DNA of 32,000 nucleotides from Candidatus Methanoperedens sp. (GTDB lineage Archaea > Halobacteriota > Methanosarcinia > Methanosarcinales > Methanoperedenaceae): the NCBI GenBank assembly GCA_041494705.1, contig JBGQBI010000002.1:150001-182000 (forward strand). Direction: 5' to 3'. The notes beneath the pieces are model-generated. The model was not told the DNA's origin. It saw only the letters and a program-made list of their open reading frames with translations, and did no database searches. The position numbers were made by a program, and so were the translations under genes. Of the stretch, positions 6,730 through 15,193 are shown in pieces. Position 1 is the first letter of the stretch; each line of letters opens with the position of its first letter.

Positions 6730-9018
6730 ATGAATGATACGGAATACATTAATCATCCCCTTTTAAAACCCGATACAGTCGAGAAGAGATTATACCAGCT
6801 TGCACTTGCAGGCGAAGCTATCAGGAAATCGACCCTCGTCGTTCTTCCTACAGGTCTTGGGAAAACCGTAGTCGCCCTGCTTGTTATGGTTTCACGGCTT
6901 CCGAAAGGAAAAGTCCTGCTCCTCTCCCCCACAAAACCGCTTGTTGAACAGCATGCAGCTTTTTTTAAAAGTACGCTCAATATTCCGCCTGAAAATATCG
7001 CGCTGTTTACAGGGAATACGCCTCCTCATAAAAGGGCTGACATGTGGGAGAATGCGCAGCTTGTGGTTTCCACGCCGCAGGTTATTGAGAATGACCTCCT
7101 CGGGAAAAAAATCGACCTTGAAAAAGTCTCATGCATAATTTTTGATGAAGCGCACAGGGCAACAGGAAATTACTCGTATGTGTATATTGCAGAGAAATAC
7201 CAGCAGCAAAACCATGACCCTCTGGTTCTCGGCATTACAGCAAGTCCGGGAAGCGACCAGGGAAAAATTCAGGAAGTTTGTACAAACCTCCATATCAAAT
7301 CAGTCGAGATGAGAACGGATTCCCATCCTGATGTCAGCCCCTATATTTTCGATAAGGACATCGAGTGGAAATATGTTCCCATACCGGTTGAAATAAAAGG
7401 ATTGAAGCTGTTGATGGATAAAGTCCTTTCAGACAGGTTAAGCAAGCTGCGTGAACTCGGTTTCATATCAAATTACCAGACAAGGTTATCAAAAAGGGAA
7501 ATGCTTGACCTGCAAACAAGGCTCCAGTCGCAGCTGCGTTCATTCCCAGACCAGAAAGTTTACCAGGGAACCTCGCTCCTTGCTGAAGTCTTCAAAGTAA
7601 GCCATGCCATCGAGCTCTCGGAAACGCAAGGCTCATCGGCATTATCAAAATATTTTGAGCGGCTCGAGAACGAGGCGAGGTCAAAAAGCGGGAGCAAAGC
7701 GGCAAAACGCCTGATGGATGATTTGAACATGCGCCAGGCAGTGCATCATCTCGGGGGCTGCGACGGGAACAATCCGAAACTCAATGTGGTAAAAGAACTC
7801 GTTGCAAAACAGGTACTTGAGAATCCACAATCACGGGTTATCGTTTTCACAAACTACAGGGATACGGCTGAACTTGTTGCCAGTTCACTTAAGGAAGTTC
7901 AGGGAATAAAACCCGTCAGGTTCGTGGGCCAGGCAAGCAGGTACAAGGATACAGGTCTTACCCAGAAACAGCAGGTAGAGATAATCCAAAAATTCAAGGA
8001 TGGCGAGTATAATACGCTTGTAGCTACATCGGTGGCAGAGGAAGGGCTGGATATACCTTCAACCGACCTTGTGGTATTTTTCGAGCCCGTCCCTTCAGAG
8101 ATACGAAGCATCCAGAGAAAAGGAAGGACTGGTAGAAAGCATGCCGGGCGCGTCGTTGTCCTGATGGCGAAAGGGTCAAAGGACGAGGCATATCACTGGA
8201 GCAGCAACCGCAAGGAGAAAAACATGTTCCGTACCATGAAAAATCTGGAACTGGAAGCCCCGATGAATGAGAAACCTCCTGTTGGGGGAGGGAACCTTCA
8301 GAATTCAGCAGACGGGCAAACAAAACTGGTCGATTTCCCGGCGCAACAAACACAGGAATCAAAAACCAGTGCCGTTGTTAAAGTCATGGCTGACAAGAGG
8401 GAGATTCGTTCCCATGTTGTGCACACGCTTGAGAAACTGGGAACTGATGTAACGTTGACTACACTTGAAGTCGGCGACTATGTGGTCAGTGACAGGGTCG
8501 GTATCGAGAGAAAGACCGCAGAAGATTTCCTGAGTACGCTGCTTGACGGCAGGGATTTGTTCGGACAGGTATCAGACCTTAAACGTGCGTATGACCGTCC
8601 TTTAATGATTATCGAGGGTGAGGGGATATATACGGCAAGGCAGGTGCATCCCAATGTAATACGGGGGGTGCTTGCTGCCATTACCATTGACTTCGGGATT
8701 CCCATCATCTTCAGCAGGGATGAGGAAGATACTGCGGCGCTGATTAGCGTAATAGCGAAAAGGGAACAGGTGGACTCAAAGCGGGAAATTAACCTTCACG
8801 GCAAAAAAACAGCTTCCACTCTTCCCGAACAGCAGGAATATCTTGTGTCTGCCATTTCCGAGATAGGACCGGTTGTAGCGAGGAACCTGCTCAGGCATTT
8901 TGGCAGCGTGGAACGGATTATGACCGCATCGCGCGAAGAACTGATGAAAGTCGAGCTTGTGGGACCCAAGACAGCGGACAGGATAAGGGAAGTGGTGAGT
9001 GGGGAGTATAAAGGATGA
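6730..9018 (+). CDS. hef: Hef: helicase-associated endonuclease for fork-structured DNA (XPF/FANCM-type)
   Basis: 762 aa. Superfamily-2 helicase motifs are present: PTGLGKT, FDEAH, TASPG, QRKGRTGR. The C-terminal ERCC4 nuclease motif is GDYVVSDRVGIERKTAEDF, followed by a helix-hairpin-helix tail (VGPKTADRIRE). Confidence 0.92.
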   Translation: MNDTEYINHPLLKPDTVEKRLYQLALAGEAIRKSTLVVLPTGLGKTVVALLVMVSRLPKGKVLLLSPTKPLVEQHAAFFKSTLNIPPENIALFTGNTPPHKRADMWENAQLVVSTPQVIENDLLGKKIDLEKVSCIIFDEAHRATGNYSYVYIAEKYQQQNHDPLVLGITASPGSDQGKIQEVCTNLHIKSVEMRTDSHPDVSPYIFDKDIEWKYVPIPVEIKGLKLLMDKVLSDRLSKLRELGFISNYQTRLSKREMLDLQTRLQSQLRSFPDQKVYQGTSLLAEVFKVSHAIELSETQGSSALSKYFERLENEARSKSGSKAAKRLMDDLNMRQAVHHLGGCDGNNPKLNVVKELVAKQVLENPQSRVIVFTNYRDTAELVASSLKEVQGIKPVRFVGQASRYKDTGLTQKQQVEIIQKFKDGEYNTLVATSVAEEGLDIPSTDLVVFFEPVPSEIRSIQRKGRTGRKHAGRVVVLMAKGSKDEAYHWSSNRKEKNMFRTMKNLELEAPMNEKPPVGGGNLQNSADGQTKLVDFPAQQTQESKTSAVVKVMADKREIRSHVVHTLEKLGTDVTLTTLEVGDYVVSDRVGIERKTAEDFLSTLLDGRDLFGQVSDLKRAYDRPLMIIEGEGIYTARQVHPNVIRGVLAAITIDFGIPIIFSRDEEDTAALISVIAKREQVDSKREINLHGKKTASTLPEQQEYLVSAISEIGPVVARNLLRHFGSVERIMTASREELMKVELVGPKTADRIREVVSGEYKG

Positions 9019-9052
9019 AAATGGCATTCTAATGCACAAATATGATTTTTTA

Positions 9053-9328
9053 TTAGTACACTTCCTCGTGCGTTCCCAAATCTATCAGTAAGACTTTCTT
9101 TTTTGGTTTATCTATGAATTTAAAGACCAATCGATGTTCATAATTTATCCGTATCGACCATAATCCTTTCAAGATACCACTCAAAGTATGCGTTCTTAAA
9201 GATGGATGAAACGGATTAGTTACGAATAATTCCATTTTGTTCTTGAATTGATCCACTAAATCTGGATGCTTCTGGCTCCACTTTTTGTATATTCGCTTAA
9301 ATTTCTCATCCCAAACGAGTTCAATCAT
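9053..9328 (-). CDS. type II toxin, RelE/YoeB (ParE-RelE superfamily) mRNA interferase
   Basis: 91 aa: ...FHPSLRTHTLSGILKGLWSIRINYEHRLVFKF...VLLIDLGTHEEVY, the typical RelE/StbE-YoeB pattern. It overlaps the upstream small gene by 8 nt. Confidence 0.8.
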   Translation of the reverse strand: MIELVWDEKFKRIYKKWSQKHPDLVDQFKNKMELFVTNPFHPSLRTHTLSGILKGLWSIRINYEHRLVFKFIDKPKKKVLLIDLGTHEEVY

Positions 9329-9539
9329 TCAAGTCTTTCCATAAATCGTTGAATTTGCCCCTCTTTACTTCCCCCTTTTTACATGCGCCGACAGCTTCTT
9401 TTGCCCTTTTAGATATTTTTGCTCTTTTCAATTCAACCAATCTCTTGGAAAGAATGTTTAACAGGTACTCCCTGTCATCTATGCCTAAATGCTCAGTTTC
9501 TTCCAGAACTTCATTGATGGTAACCATTTTGCTTCTCAT
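9321..9539 (-). CDS. putative antitoxin partner of the RelE/YoeB toxin
   Basis: 72-aa charged protein immediately upstream of the toxin and overlapping it (ATGATTGA overlap). An alternative start is Met5 at 9527. The family is not recognised; the call rests on position. Confidence 0.6.
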   Translation of the reverse strand: MRSKMVTINEVLEETEHLGIDDREYLLNILSKRLVELKRAKISKRAKEAVGACKKGEVKRGKFNDLWKDLND

Positions 9540-9648
9540 TTTACCACTTTATGTTATTATTGAATTAGCACCTTAAAAATATAGCAGGTACGCGCTATAC
9601 TGCATTAGAACTTTATTTTTTCATATGCCAAAAGTTGAGAGTGTCTCT

Positions 9649-11211
9649 TCATTCCCCGGTTTTGCCGTACCACTTCTTTAAAACTTGTTCTGCCGGCTTG
9701 CCTCTGATGTTGTAGCCCTTGTCCTGCTGGTCGTGGCGCCAGTATCCGAAAGTATAAGTACCGACAATCCACGGTCTATCCGCAACAGCCCTCATCAGGG
9801 CTTCATAAACATACGCCTGCTCCCTGAAATCGTTATTAGTATCATCCTCAGGTTTCCATACATCTACAGCACGGGAGTCCACCAGGTATTTGCCTGTGGA
9901 ACCGCCTTGCGCGCTTGGGAATGCGACACTTATTAACACCAGCGGCTTGCCTGTTTTTTCATATATGGGATTCAAATATGTATCGAACTGTTCTCCTGCA
10001 TTCTTTTCAAGCTCTTCCAGTGCCGGGTTGTCTTTGTCGCTTATTCCCTTCCACCAGGAGATTCCTATAAAATCCACTTCGTCCAGGATTGGTTGGTATT
10101 TTTTCATATCGATGGAATAAGAATCCGCAAGTTTCCCGGTAGGGGTGAAATCATAGTAGAGCTTGCCTTTGTATACTTTCCTGACTTCCCGTATATCTTC
10201 TACCCATTTATTCCAGGATTCGTCAGGTGAATTTCCCCATGTGGTAAAACTCGATAACTTATCATAATCCGCACCTATATCCATTGCCTCCACCCCTTCT
10301 TCCTGGGCGATTTTAGCGATATCCAGCAGGTATTCTCGCCTGGTATTGTAATATTGCGCCCACCATTCATCTGACCGCTTCTTTGTTATTACCTCAGCAG
10401 GAATATCCATCCATACCTGGTTCCTGAAGATTACTTTAAGACCAGCGTTCTTAGCCGTCCTCACCTCGTATCTGATAGCCTTTTCGGGGTAGCAATAGCT
10501 GCATGTTTTATTCAGCTTGATGTTTTCATCGGTTATATCCACAGTCCATGTCGGGGAATACTCTACATAGCTGGCATTATCCTCAATTATCCGCTTAACC
10601 GTATTTTCGGTCTCCCCATTCTCATAGAAGACATTCCACCAGTAGTCTATTACGGCAATACCTTTCTGGAAATTCAATCCACTGACACGGGGCGAAAAGT
10701 TTGTAGTTTCAGGAGGTATTTCTACACCGGAAGGTTCATTCAAGAGCCAGCGCCATTTTTTTACTGTATCGGACTGTGTGAGGCTCTTGGTAGGTTCGTA
10801 TCTTATTTTTCTCTTTTTAAACCAGTCTCCCTGAACGTCGGCGGGTGTAACTTCCTCACTGGTTTCGAAGCCTACGTTGTTGCGGTCATAGCCGTAGTAA
10901 ACATCCCTGGAATGAGGTATTTCTATCACGGCTTTCCATGTGGTCTTGTTTATCCGTGTCATTTTTGCGGCGGGAAAATCATGGCTATAGATGTATACCG
11001 TGTCATCCTCAGGAGTTGCCTCAGGTACGGTGACTATAAAAGTAACTTTTGGTGTAATGCCAGACACGACATTCTCATTCGCTTCCCTGCACCACGGCGG
11101 CGAGGGCCATGATGGTCCGCGGGGCGGGCAGATGCCGGATGCTGCCATGAGAATTGCAATCAAGGAAAAAATGCCAATAAGTATTAACGAGATTTTTAAC
11201 GTTTTTCTCAT
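9649..11211 (-). CDS. secreted or membrane-anchored protein, putative TIM-barrel glycoside-hydrolase-like enzyme with an N-terminal beta-sandwich module
   Basis: 520 aa with an N-terminal signal/anchor (ISLILIGIFSLIAILMAASG). It is aromatic-rich, with a beta/alpha-like alternation (IDYWWNVFY, FRNQVWMD, GISWWKG, TFGYWRH). The CDS is solid, but the functional family is only guessed. Confidence 0.6.
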   Translation of the reverse strand: MRKTLKISLILIGIFSLIAILMAASGICPPRGPSWPSPPWCREANENVVSGITPKVTFIVTVPEATPEDDTVYIYSHDFPAAKMTRINKTTWKAVIEIPHSRDVYYGYDRNNVGFETSEEVTPADVQGDWFKKRKIRYEPTKSLTQSDTVKKWRWLLNEPSGVEIPPETTNFSPRVSGLNFQKGIAVIDYWWNVFYENGETENTVKRIIEDNASYVEYSPTWTVDITDENIKLNKTCSYCYPEKAIRYEVRTAKNAGLKVIFRNQVWMDIPAEVITKKRSDEWWAQYYNTRREYLLDIAKIAQEEGVEAMDIGADYDKLSSFTTWGNSPDESWNKWVEDIREVRKVYKGKLYYDFTPTGKLADSYSIDMKKYQPILDEVDFIGISWWKGISDKDNPALEELEKNAGEQFDTYLNPIYEKTGKPLVLISVAFPSAQGGSTGKYLVDSRAVDVWKPEDDTNNDFREQAYVYEALMRAVADRPWIVGTYTFGYWRHDQQDKGYNIRGKPAEQVLKKWYGKTGE

Positions 11212-11340
11212 AAAATTTCTTATTGTTTTGGTTATTTAAAATATTTTCTATGCAATCATTTTCCCATATATGATGAAGAGTCTAAGGTTAAGGGTTGAGC
11301 AAGGTTTTTATCTTATCACGCTATTATTGTGCCACCCGAA

Positions 11341-11415
11341 GGGATAGTAGGGTAGCCTGGTCCATCCTTGAGCGTTTGGGACGCTTAGACCGCGGTTCAA
11401 ATCCGCGCTATCCCA
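11341..11415 (+). tRNA. tRNA-Pro (anticodon UGG)
   Basis: Acceptor GGGATAG/CTATCCC plus discriminator A, anticodon stem GAGCG/CGCTT with loop UUUGGGA, T-arm CGCGG-TTCAAAT-CCGCG. A TTTT follows immediately. A TATA-like TTTTTATC lies about 30 nt upstream. Confidence 0.9.
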
Positions 11416-11484
11416 TTTTGGTTCTTCATTCGTGAGACTTTTTAATTTATTTTAGGTAAGGCGAATCCAGATAAGGATAATCAA

Positions 11485-11550
11485 CCACAGAGCACACGGA
11501 GAGCACAGAGAGTTGTGCTTTTTACTCTGTGTCCTCTGTGCTCTCTGTGG
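11485..11550 (+). repeat. imperfect-palindrome intergenic repeat, copy A (CTCTGTG-type 9-mer arms)
   Basis: CCACAGAGCACACGGAGAGCACAGAGAG-ttgtgcttttta-CTCTGTGTCCTCTGTGCTCTCTGTGG, followed by TTTT. About 22 bp of the arms can pair. The right arm is 25/26 identical to the reverse complement of the left arm of copy B. Confidence 0.75.
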
Positions 11551-11629
11551 TTTTCAAACCAGAAAATTTCTTCTATGCAAACTTTCTTAAGGCAGGCAAA
11601 TCAAATGACTATCAAGGAGATTGGAAATT

Positions 11630-12904
11630 ATGATAATCAGGAATCACGAAAGGATACATGCAGATGAGGAAAACCTGTGTAAAAAATGTATCAGTGAACT
11701 GGAGGACCTGTACAGCTACCTTGAGCTGTCAAGAGAGGAACTTGACCTGCTGGATATGCCAAGGCGTTCGTTCACGGTTCATTTCCCTGTACAACTGGAT
11801 TCAGGGAAAACAAAAATGTTTCTGGGGTACAGGGTACAATATAACGATGCAAGAGGTCCTGCCAAGGGCGGCATAAGGTTCCATCCTGAATTGACACTTG
11901 ACGATGTCAGGGACTTAGCATTCCTGATGACGCTAAAATGCGCTGTGGTAAACATACCATTTGGGGGCTCAAAGGGCGGCGTAGTGGTCAATCCCAAGGA
12001 ATTAAGCAGGCATGAGCTTGAACGGCTGACCCGGAGTTACATCCGTGCCATCTCCGACTACATAGGGCCTTACAAGGATATCCCGGCGCCTGATGTTTAT
12101 ACTGATGAAAAAATCATGGCCTGGATACTTGATGAATATGAGCGGATAAAAGGCGAACATACGCCTGCTGTGGTGACAGGGAAACCGATTGAACTCGGCG
12201 GCAGCAAAGGGCGCAACTATTCTACTTCGCTTGGCGGCATACTTGTTCTTGAGGAAGCCCTGAAAAAGAGGAATATAAGGAAACAGGAAGTCAATATCGC
12301 TATCCAGGGATTTGGGAATGTTGGTGAAAATGCCGCCCGGATACTCCATGAGAGGGGATATAAGGTCATAGCGGTGAGTGACTCAAAAGGCGGTATCATT
12401 GCGGAAGGCGGTCTTGATATACAGGCTGTGATGAAGCATAAAGAGCAATCAGGAAGCGTCGTTGATTTTGCGGGGAGTAAAAACATAACCAATGAGGAAT
12501 TGCTTACCAGTGATTGCGAAATCCTGATTCCTGCTGCGCTTTCTGAACAGCTTAATGAAAAAAATGCAGCCGATGTGAAAGCAAAAATAGTCCTGGAACT
12601 TGCCAATGCGCCGACAACGATAGAGGCAGATAATGTTTTTTCAGATAAGAAAATAATGCTCATACCCGATATACTTGCCAATGCGGGCGGCGTGGTCGTG
12701 AGTTATTTTGAGTGGAGCCAGAACCTCAATAACGATTACTGGGAGGAGGATAAAGTCCTTGAAAAGCTTGAAAAAATCATGGTAACTTCATTCAATGACG
12801 TTTACGCATTGTGCCAGGAAGAGAATTGCAGCATGAGGACGGCTGCGTACCAGCTTGCGGTCAAAAGAATTCTTTATGCTGAAAGGCTGCGCGGCAACCT
12901 ATGA
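11630..12904 (+). CDS. gdhA: glutamate dehydrogenase (Glu/Leu/Phe/Val dehydrogenase family)
   Basis: The track ORF starts at TTG 11621. I prefer the in-frame ATG at 11630, which has a GGAG 10-13 nt upstream. Hallmarks are GPAKGGIRFHP, the catalytic-Lys region FGGSKGG, and the NAD(P) fingerprint IQGFGNVG. Confidence 0.92.
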   Translation: MIIRNHERIHADEENLCKKCISELEDLYSYLELSREELDLLDMPRRSFTVHFPVQLDSGKTKMFLGYRVQYNDARGPAKGGIRFHPELTLDDVRDLAFLMTLKCAVVNIPFGGSKGGVVVNPKELSRHELERLTRSYIRAISDYIGPYKDIPAPDVYTDEKIMAWILDEYERIKGEHTPAVVTGKPIELGGSKGRNYSTSLGGILVLEEALKKRNIRKQEVNIAIQGFGNVGENAARILHERGYKVIAVSDSKGGIIAEGGLDIQAVMKHKEQSGSVVDFAGSKNITNEELLTSDCEILIPAALSEQLNEKNAADVKAKIVLELANAPTTIEADNVFSDKKIMLIPDILANAGGVVVSYFEWSQNLNNDYWEEDKVLEKLEKIMVTSFNDVYALCQEENCSMRTAAYQLAVKRILYAERLRGNL

Positions 12905-13759
12905 TTTTGATTTTGCACTTGCCATAATAAAATCGCGGACAAGCTTTGCGCCAAGAAGCGCGGTATTACCATAATCATAAGCCGGCGCTATTTCGACAAG
13001 GTCGAATCCGACTATATCGGGCGCAAGGCAGGAGATTACAGCCCTCACATCGCGAGGCGTTATTCCATAAGGTTCAGGCGTCCCGAGTGCAGGCGCATAT
13101 GCGGGGTCTATCGCGTCCATATCTATGGAAAGATAAACAGGACCACTGATATAATCCCGGATCCTGGAGATTATCTTTTCGATACCTTCTGCTGCCACAT
13201 CATCGGCAGAGAACACTTTAATCCCGTTCTCCCTGACATAGTCGTACTCTTCACGCGTCCCGCTCCTTATCCCGATTGAAACGTATTTTTGGGTTACATT
13301 TTCAAGAATATGCCTTGAGATGCATGCATGGCTGTTTCGTTCTCCATGGAATTCCTCCCTCAAATCCATGTGCGCATCAAGAACAACGAATCCAATATCG
13401 GGATATTTATTCTGGCATGCCTTAACAAACGGGTACGAAAGCGAATGTTCCCCGCCAAGCATTATCGGGATTTTTCCATCTTTAACATATCTTTCGGCGT
13501 GGACTGAAATCATCTCAAGAGTGGAATCTATATCCTTTCCCACTTCAAGGTCGCCCGCATCATGGATATCCACATCCATGAGGTCAAAATCAAAAAAGCT
13601 GCTGTATGTCTCGAAATTGTATGAGACTTCTCTCATTTTCTGCGGCGCGAGACTGCTTCCCAGCCTGAAGCTTGAGGTGCCGTCAAAGGGCACGCCGCAG
13701 ATTACGTATCTGGCTTTTTTATAGTCAGAGTTTGCGTCAGCAAAAGTAGTATTCTGCAT
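12899..13759 (-). CDS. speB: agmatinase (arginase/ureohydrolase family)
   Basis: 286 aa with Mn-ligand motifs GGEHS, LDAHMDLR and SIDMDAIDP. The start codon directly abuts the aIF5A stop (13760). Confidence 0.9.
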   Translation of the reverse strand: MQNTTFADANSDYKKARYVICGVPFDGTSSFRLGSSLAPQKMREVSYNFETYSSFFDFDLMDVDIHDAGDLEVGKDIDSTLEMISVHAERYVKDGKIPIMLGGEHSLSYPFVKACQNKYPDIGFVVLDAHMDLREEFHGERNSHACISRHILENVTQKYVSIGIRSGTREEYDYVRENGIKVFSADDVAAEGIEKIISRIRDYISGPVYLSIDMDAIDPAYAPALGTPEPYGITPRDVRAVISCLAPDIVGFDLVEIAPAYDYGNTALLGAKLVRDFIMASAKSKS

Positions 13760-14146
13760 TTAGGTACGCATGTCAATTTTCATTTTCCCCATCGAATTCA
13801 AATAAGATATATCTTTTCCTGCCTCTATTTTGCCTTTCAGGTCTTCCGGTATTTTTAGTTCCAGTGTGGAATAATCAGCATTATCCATTATCTGGGCAAC
13901 ATCGCCCTTTACTGATAATACCTGCCCGTTTTTCCTTTCTACAATCGGGACGTATATCTTATCAGTTACGGGTGCTATGATTGAACGTTTGGAATTGTCA
14001 AATATGCCGATAGCATCTATCCTTGCTTTTGCCGAGCCGTGTTTTCCGGTTTTTGCATGAGAAATACTTTTGATAACACAGGGTTCTTCGTCTATCAAGA
14101 CATACTTTCCTTCTTTTAACGTCCGTACTTCAACTTGATCCTTCAT
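13760..14146 (-). CDS. eif5a: translation initiation factor 5A
   Basis: 128 aa with the hypusine-site loop KTGKHGSAKARI and an OB-fold C-terminal half. A GAGGAG lies upstream of the ATG. Confidence 0.93.
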   Translation of the reverse strand: MKDQVEVRTLKEGKYVLIDEEPCVIKSISHAKTGKHGSAKARIDAIGIFDNSKRSIIAPVTDKIYVPIVERKNGQVLSVKGDVAQIMDNADYSTLELKIPEDLKGKIEAGKDISYLNSMGKMKIDMRT

Positions 14147-14231
14147 TGCGATTCTCCTCGCTCCATGACAGCTTATTATATAATAAATATGCCGATTATA
14201 AATCGGAGACTTATTATCTTGTTTGATAAAA

Positions 14232-14292
14232 CCACAGAGAGCGCAGAGGACACAGAGAAAAAGAATCTCTGTGCTCTCTGTGTCCTCAGTGG
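14232..14292 (-). repeat. imperfect-palindrome intergenic repeat, copy B (inverted relative to copy A)
   Basis: CCACAGAGAGCGCAGAGGACACAGAG-aaaaagaat-CTCTGTGCTCTCTGTGTCCTCAGTGG. Its reverse complement aligns with copy A over both arms and also ends in GTGG+TTTT. Confidence 0.75.
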
Positions 14293-14446
14293 TCGGTTAT
14301 TTATAGGCGAAAAACGATAGCAAGCTATGTATCCTTCAAGTACGGGGTTAGGGTGAATTGTAGTTACGTTTACCCATATTTTCAAGAAAGCCTTTGGCAA
14401 AATTAAATAAGGAAAATATGCCTATATACGTTAAACAAGAAGTTTT

Positions 14447-14953
14447 ATGGCGATGAACTCAAAAAACCCAATTGAAGACCCACGTACAATTTATTCATTA
14501 ACAATGGTTCTTATTTTATATGAATTTTACAAATCTGAATTCTTAAAAGGTGAAGGCAACACCATTATTTTTATAAAAATCCAATTGTTAATATTAATTG
14601 TGACTCAATTAATATTTTTGCTATTATGTGGAATTACTTTTGCTGAATATAAAAACGAGAAAAATTTGTTGAAAACAGCAGGTTTTTTTTATACAATAGG
14701 CTTTCAATTATTTGTTGTGCTTTTCTTGCTGGCGTTCTGTTCTTTGTTAACATATATCTATTTCAAAAGTATCATCGATGTCATTCCCAACCCATGGAAA
14801 CAGATATTATCCTTTATAATTAGCATACTTATAGCTATAGGAGTGGCATACACATATAAAAAATATTTTAAAACTCGACCGGAAATCAACCAATGGATTT
14901 ATTGTATTATTGGGATTTGGATATTTATTAATACAGCGTTTTTGGTTTGGTAG
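14447..14953 (+). CDS. hypothetical polytopic membrane protein (168 aa) in a low-GC island
   Basis: Four to five hydrophobic segments and extreme AT-rich codon usage. A TATA-like CCTATATACG centred about 25 nt upstream suggests a leaderless mRNA. A T7 run follows the stop. Confidence 0.55.
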   Translation: MAMNSKNPIEDPRTIYSLTMVLILYEFYKSEFLKGEGNTIIFIKIQLLILIVTQLIFLLLCGITFAEYKNEKNLLKTAGFFYTIGFQLFVVLFLLAFCSLLTYIYFKSIIDVIPNPWKQILSFIISILIAIGVAYTYKKYFKTRPEINQWIYCIIGIWIFINTAFLVW

Positions 14954-15034
14954 CGGGATAAGAAAAGATAGATTTTTTTCATGGTAATACAGTAATTCAA
15001 TGACTATATAACATCGCAAGTCTTTTTGAGATTT

Positions 15035-15193
15035 ATGCAAGTTATTAATAGTGGAAAAACCGAAACACAAATACTAACCGAAGAAGTAAAAAAGCTTACT
15101 AACTCCTCGGAACAACTTGAACGTCTGACAAAAGTTCTTATCGGTCTTACGGTAATTTTAGCTATATTGACTGGTATTGCAATATTCAAATAA
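15035..15193 (+). CDS. small tail-anchored membrane protein (52 aa)
   Basis: Not in the ORF track because it is short. Sequence: MQVINSGKTETQILTEEVKKLTNSSEQLERLTKVLIGLTVILAILTGIAIFK*. A TATA-like GACTATATAAC (15002-15012) sits about 26 nt before the ATG, the correct geometry for a leaderless transcript. Confidence 0.35.
   Translation: MQVINSGKTETQILTEEVKKLTNSSEQLERLTKVLIGLTVILAILTGIAIFK

Noticed and set aside
11485-11550. CRISPR array
   Set aside because: The repeats are single inverted pairs separated by kilobases, not direct repeats with regular 30-40-nt spacers. No cas genes are present.
11485-14292. Possibility that repeat copies A and B are the terminal inverted repeats of a mobile element
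   Set aside because: The enclosed genes (gdhA, speB, aIF5A) are core housekeeping genes of native composition. There is no transposase or integrase, and I could not find target-site duplications. I keep it only as a possible inversion substrate.
14135-14400. Two ~60-75-aa ORFs crossing repeat copy B
   Set aside because: Their reading frames exist only because the purine/pyrimidine repeat lacks stop codons (TESAEDTEK / RTQRAQR peptides). They have no start context.
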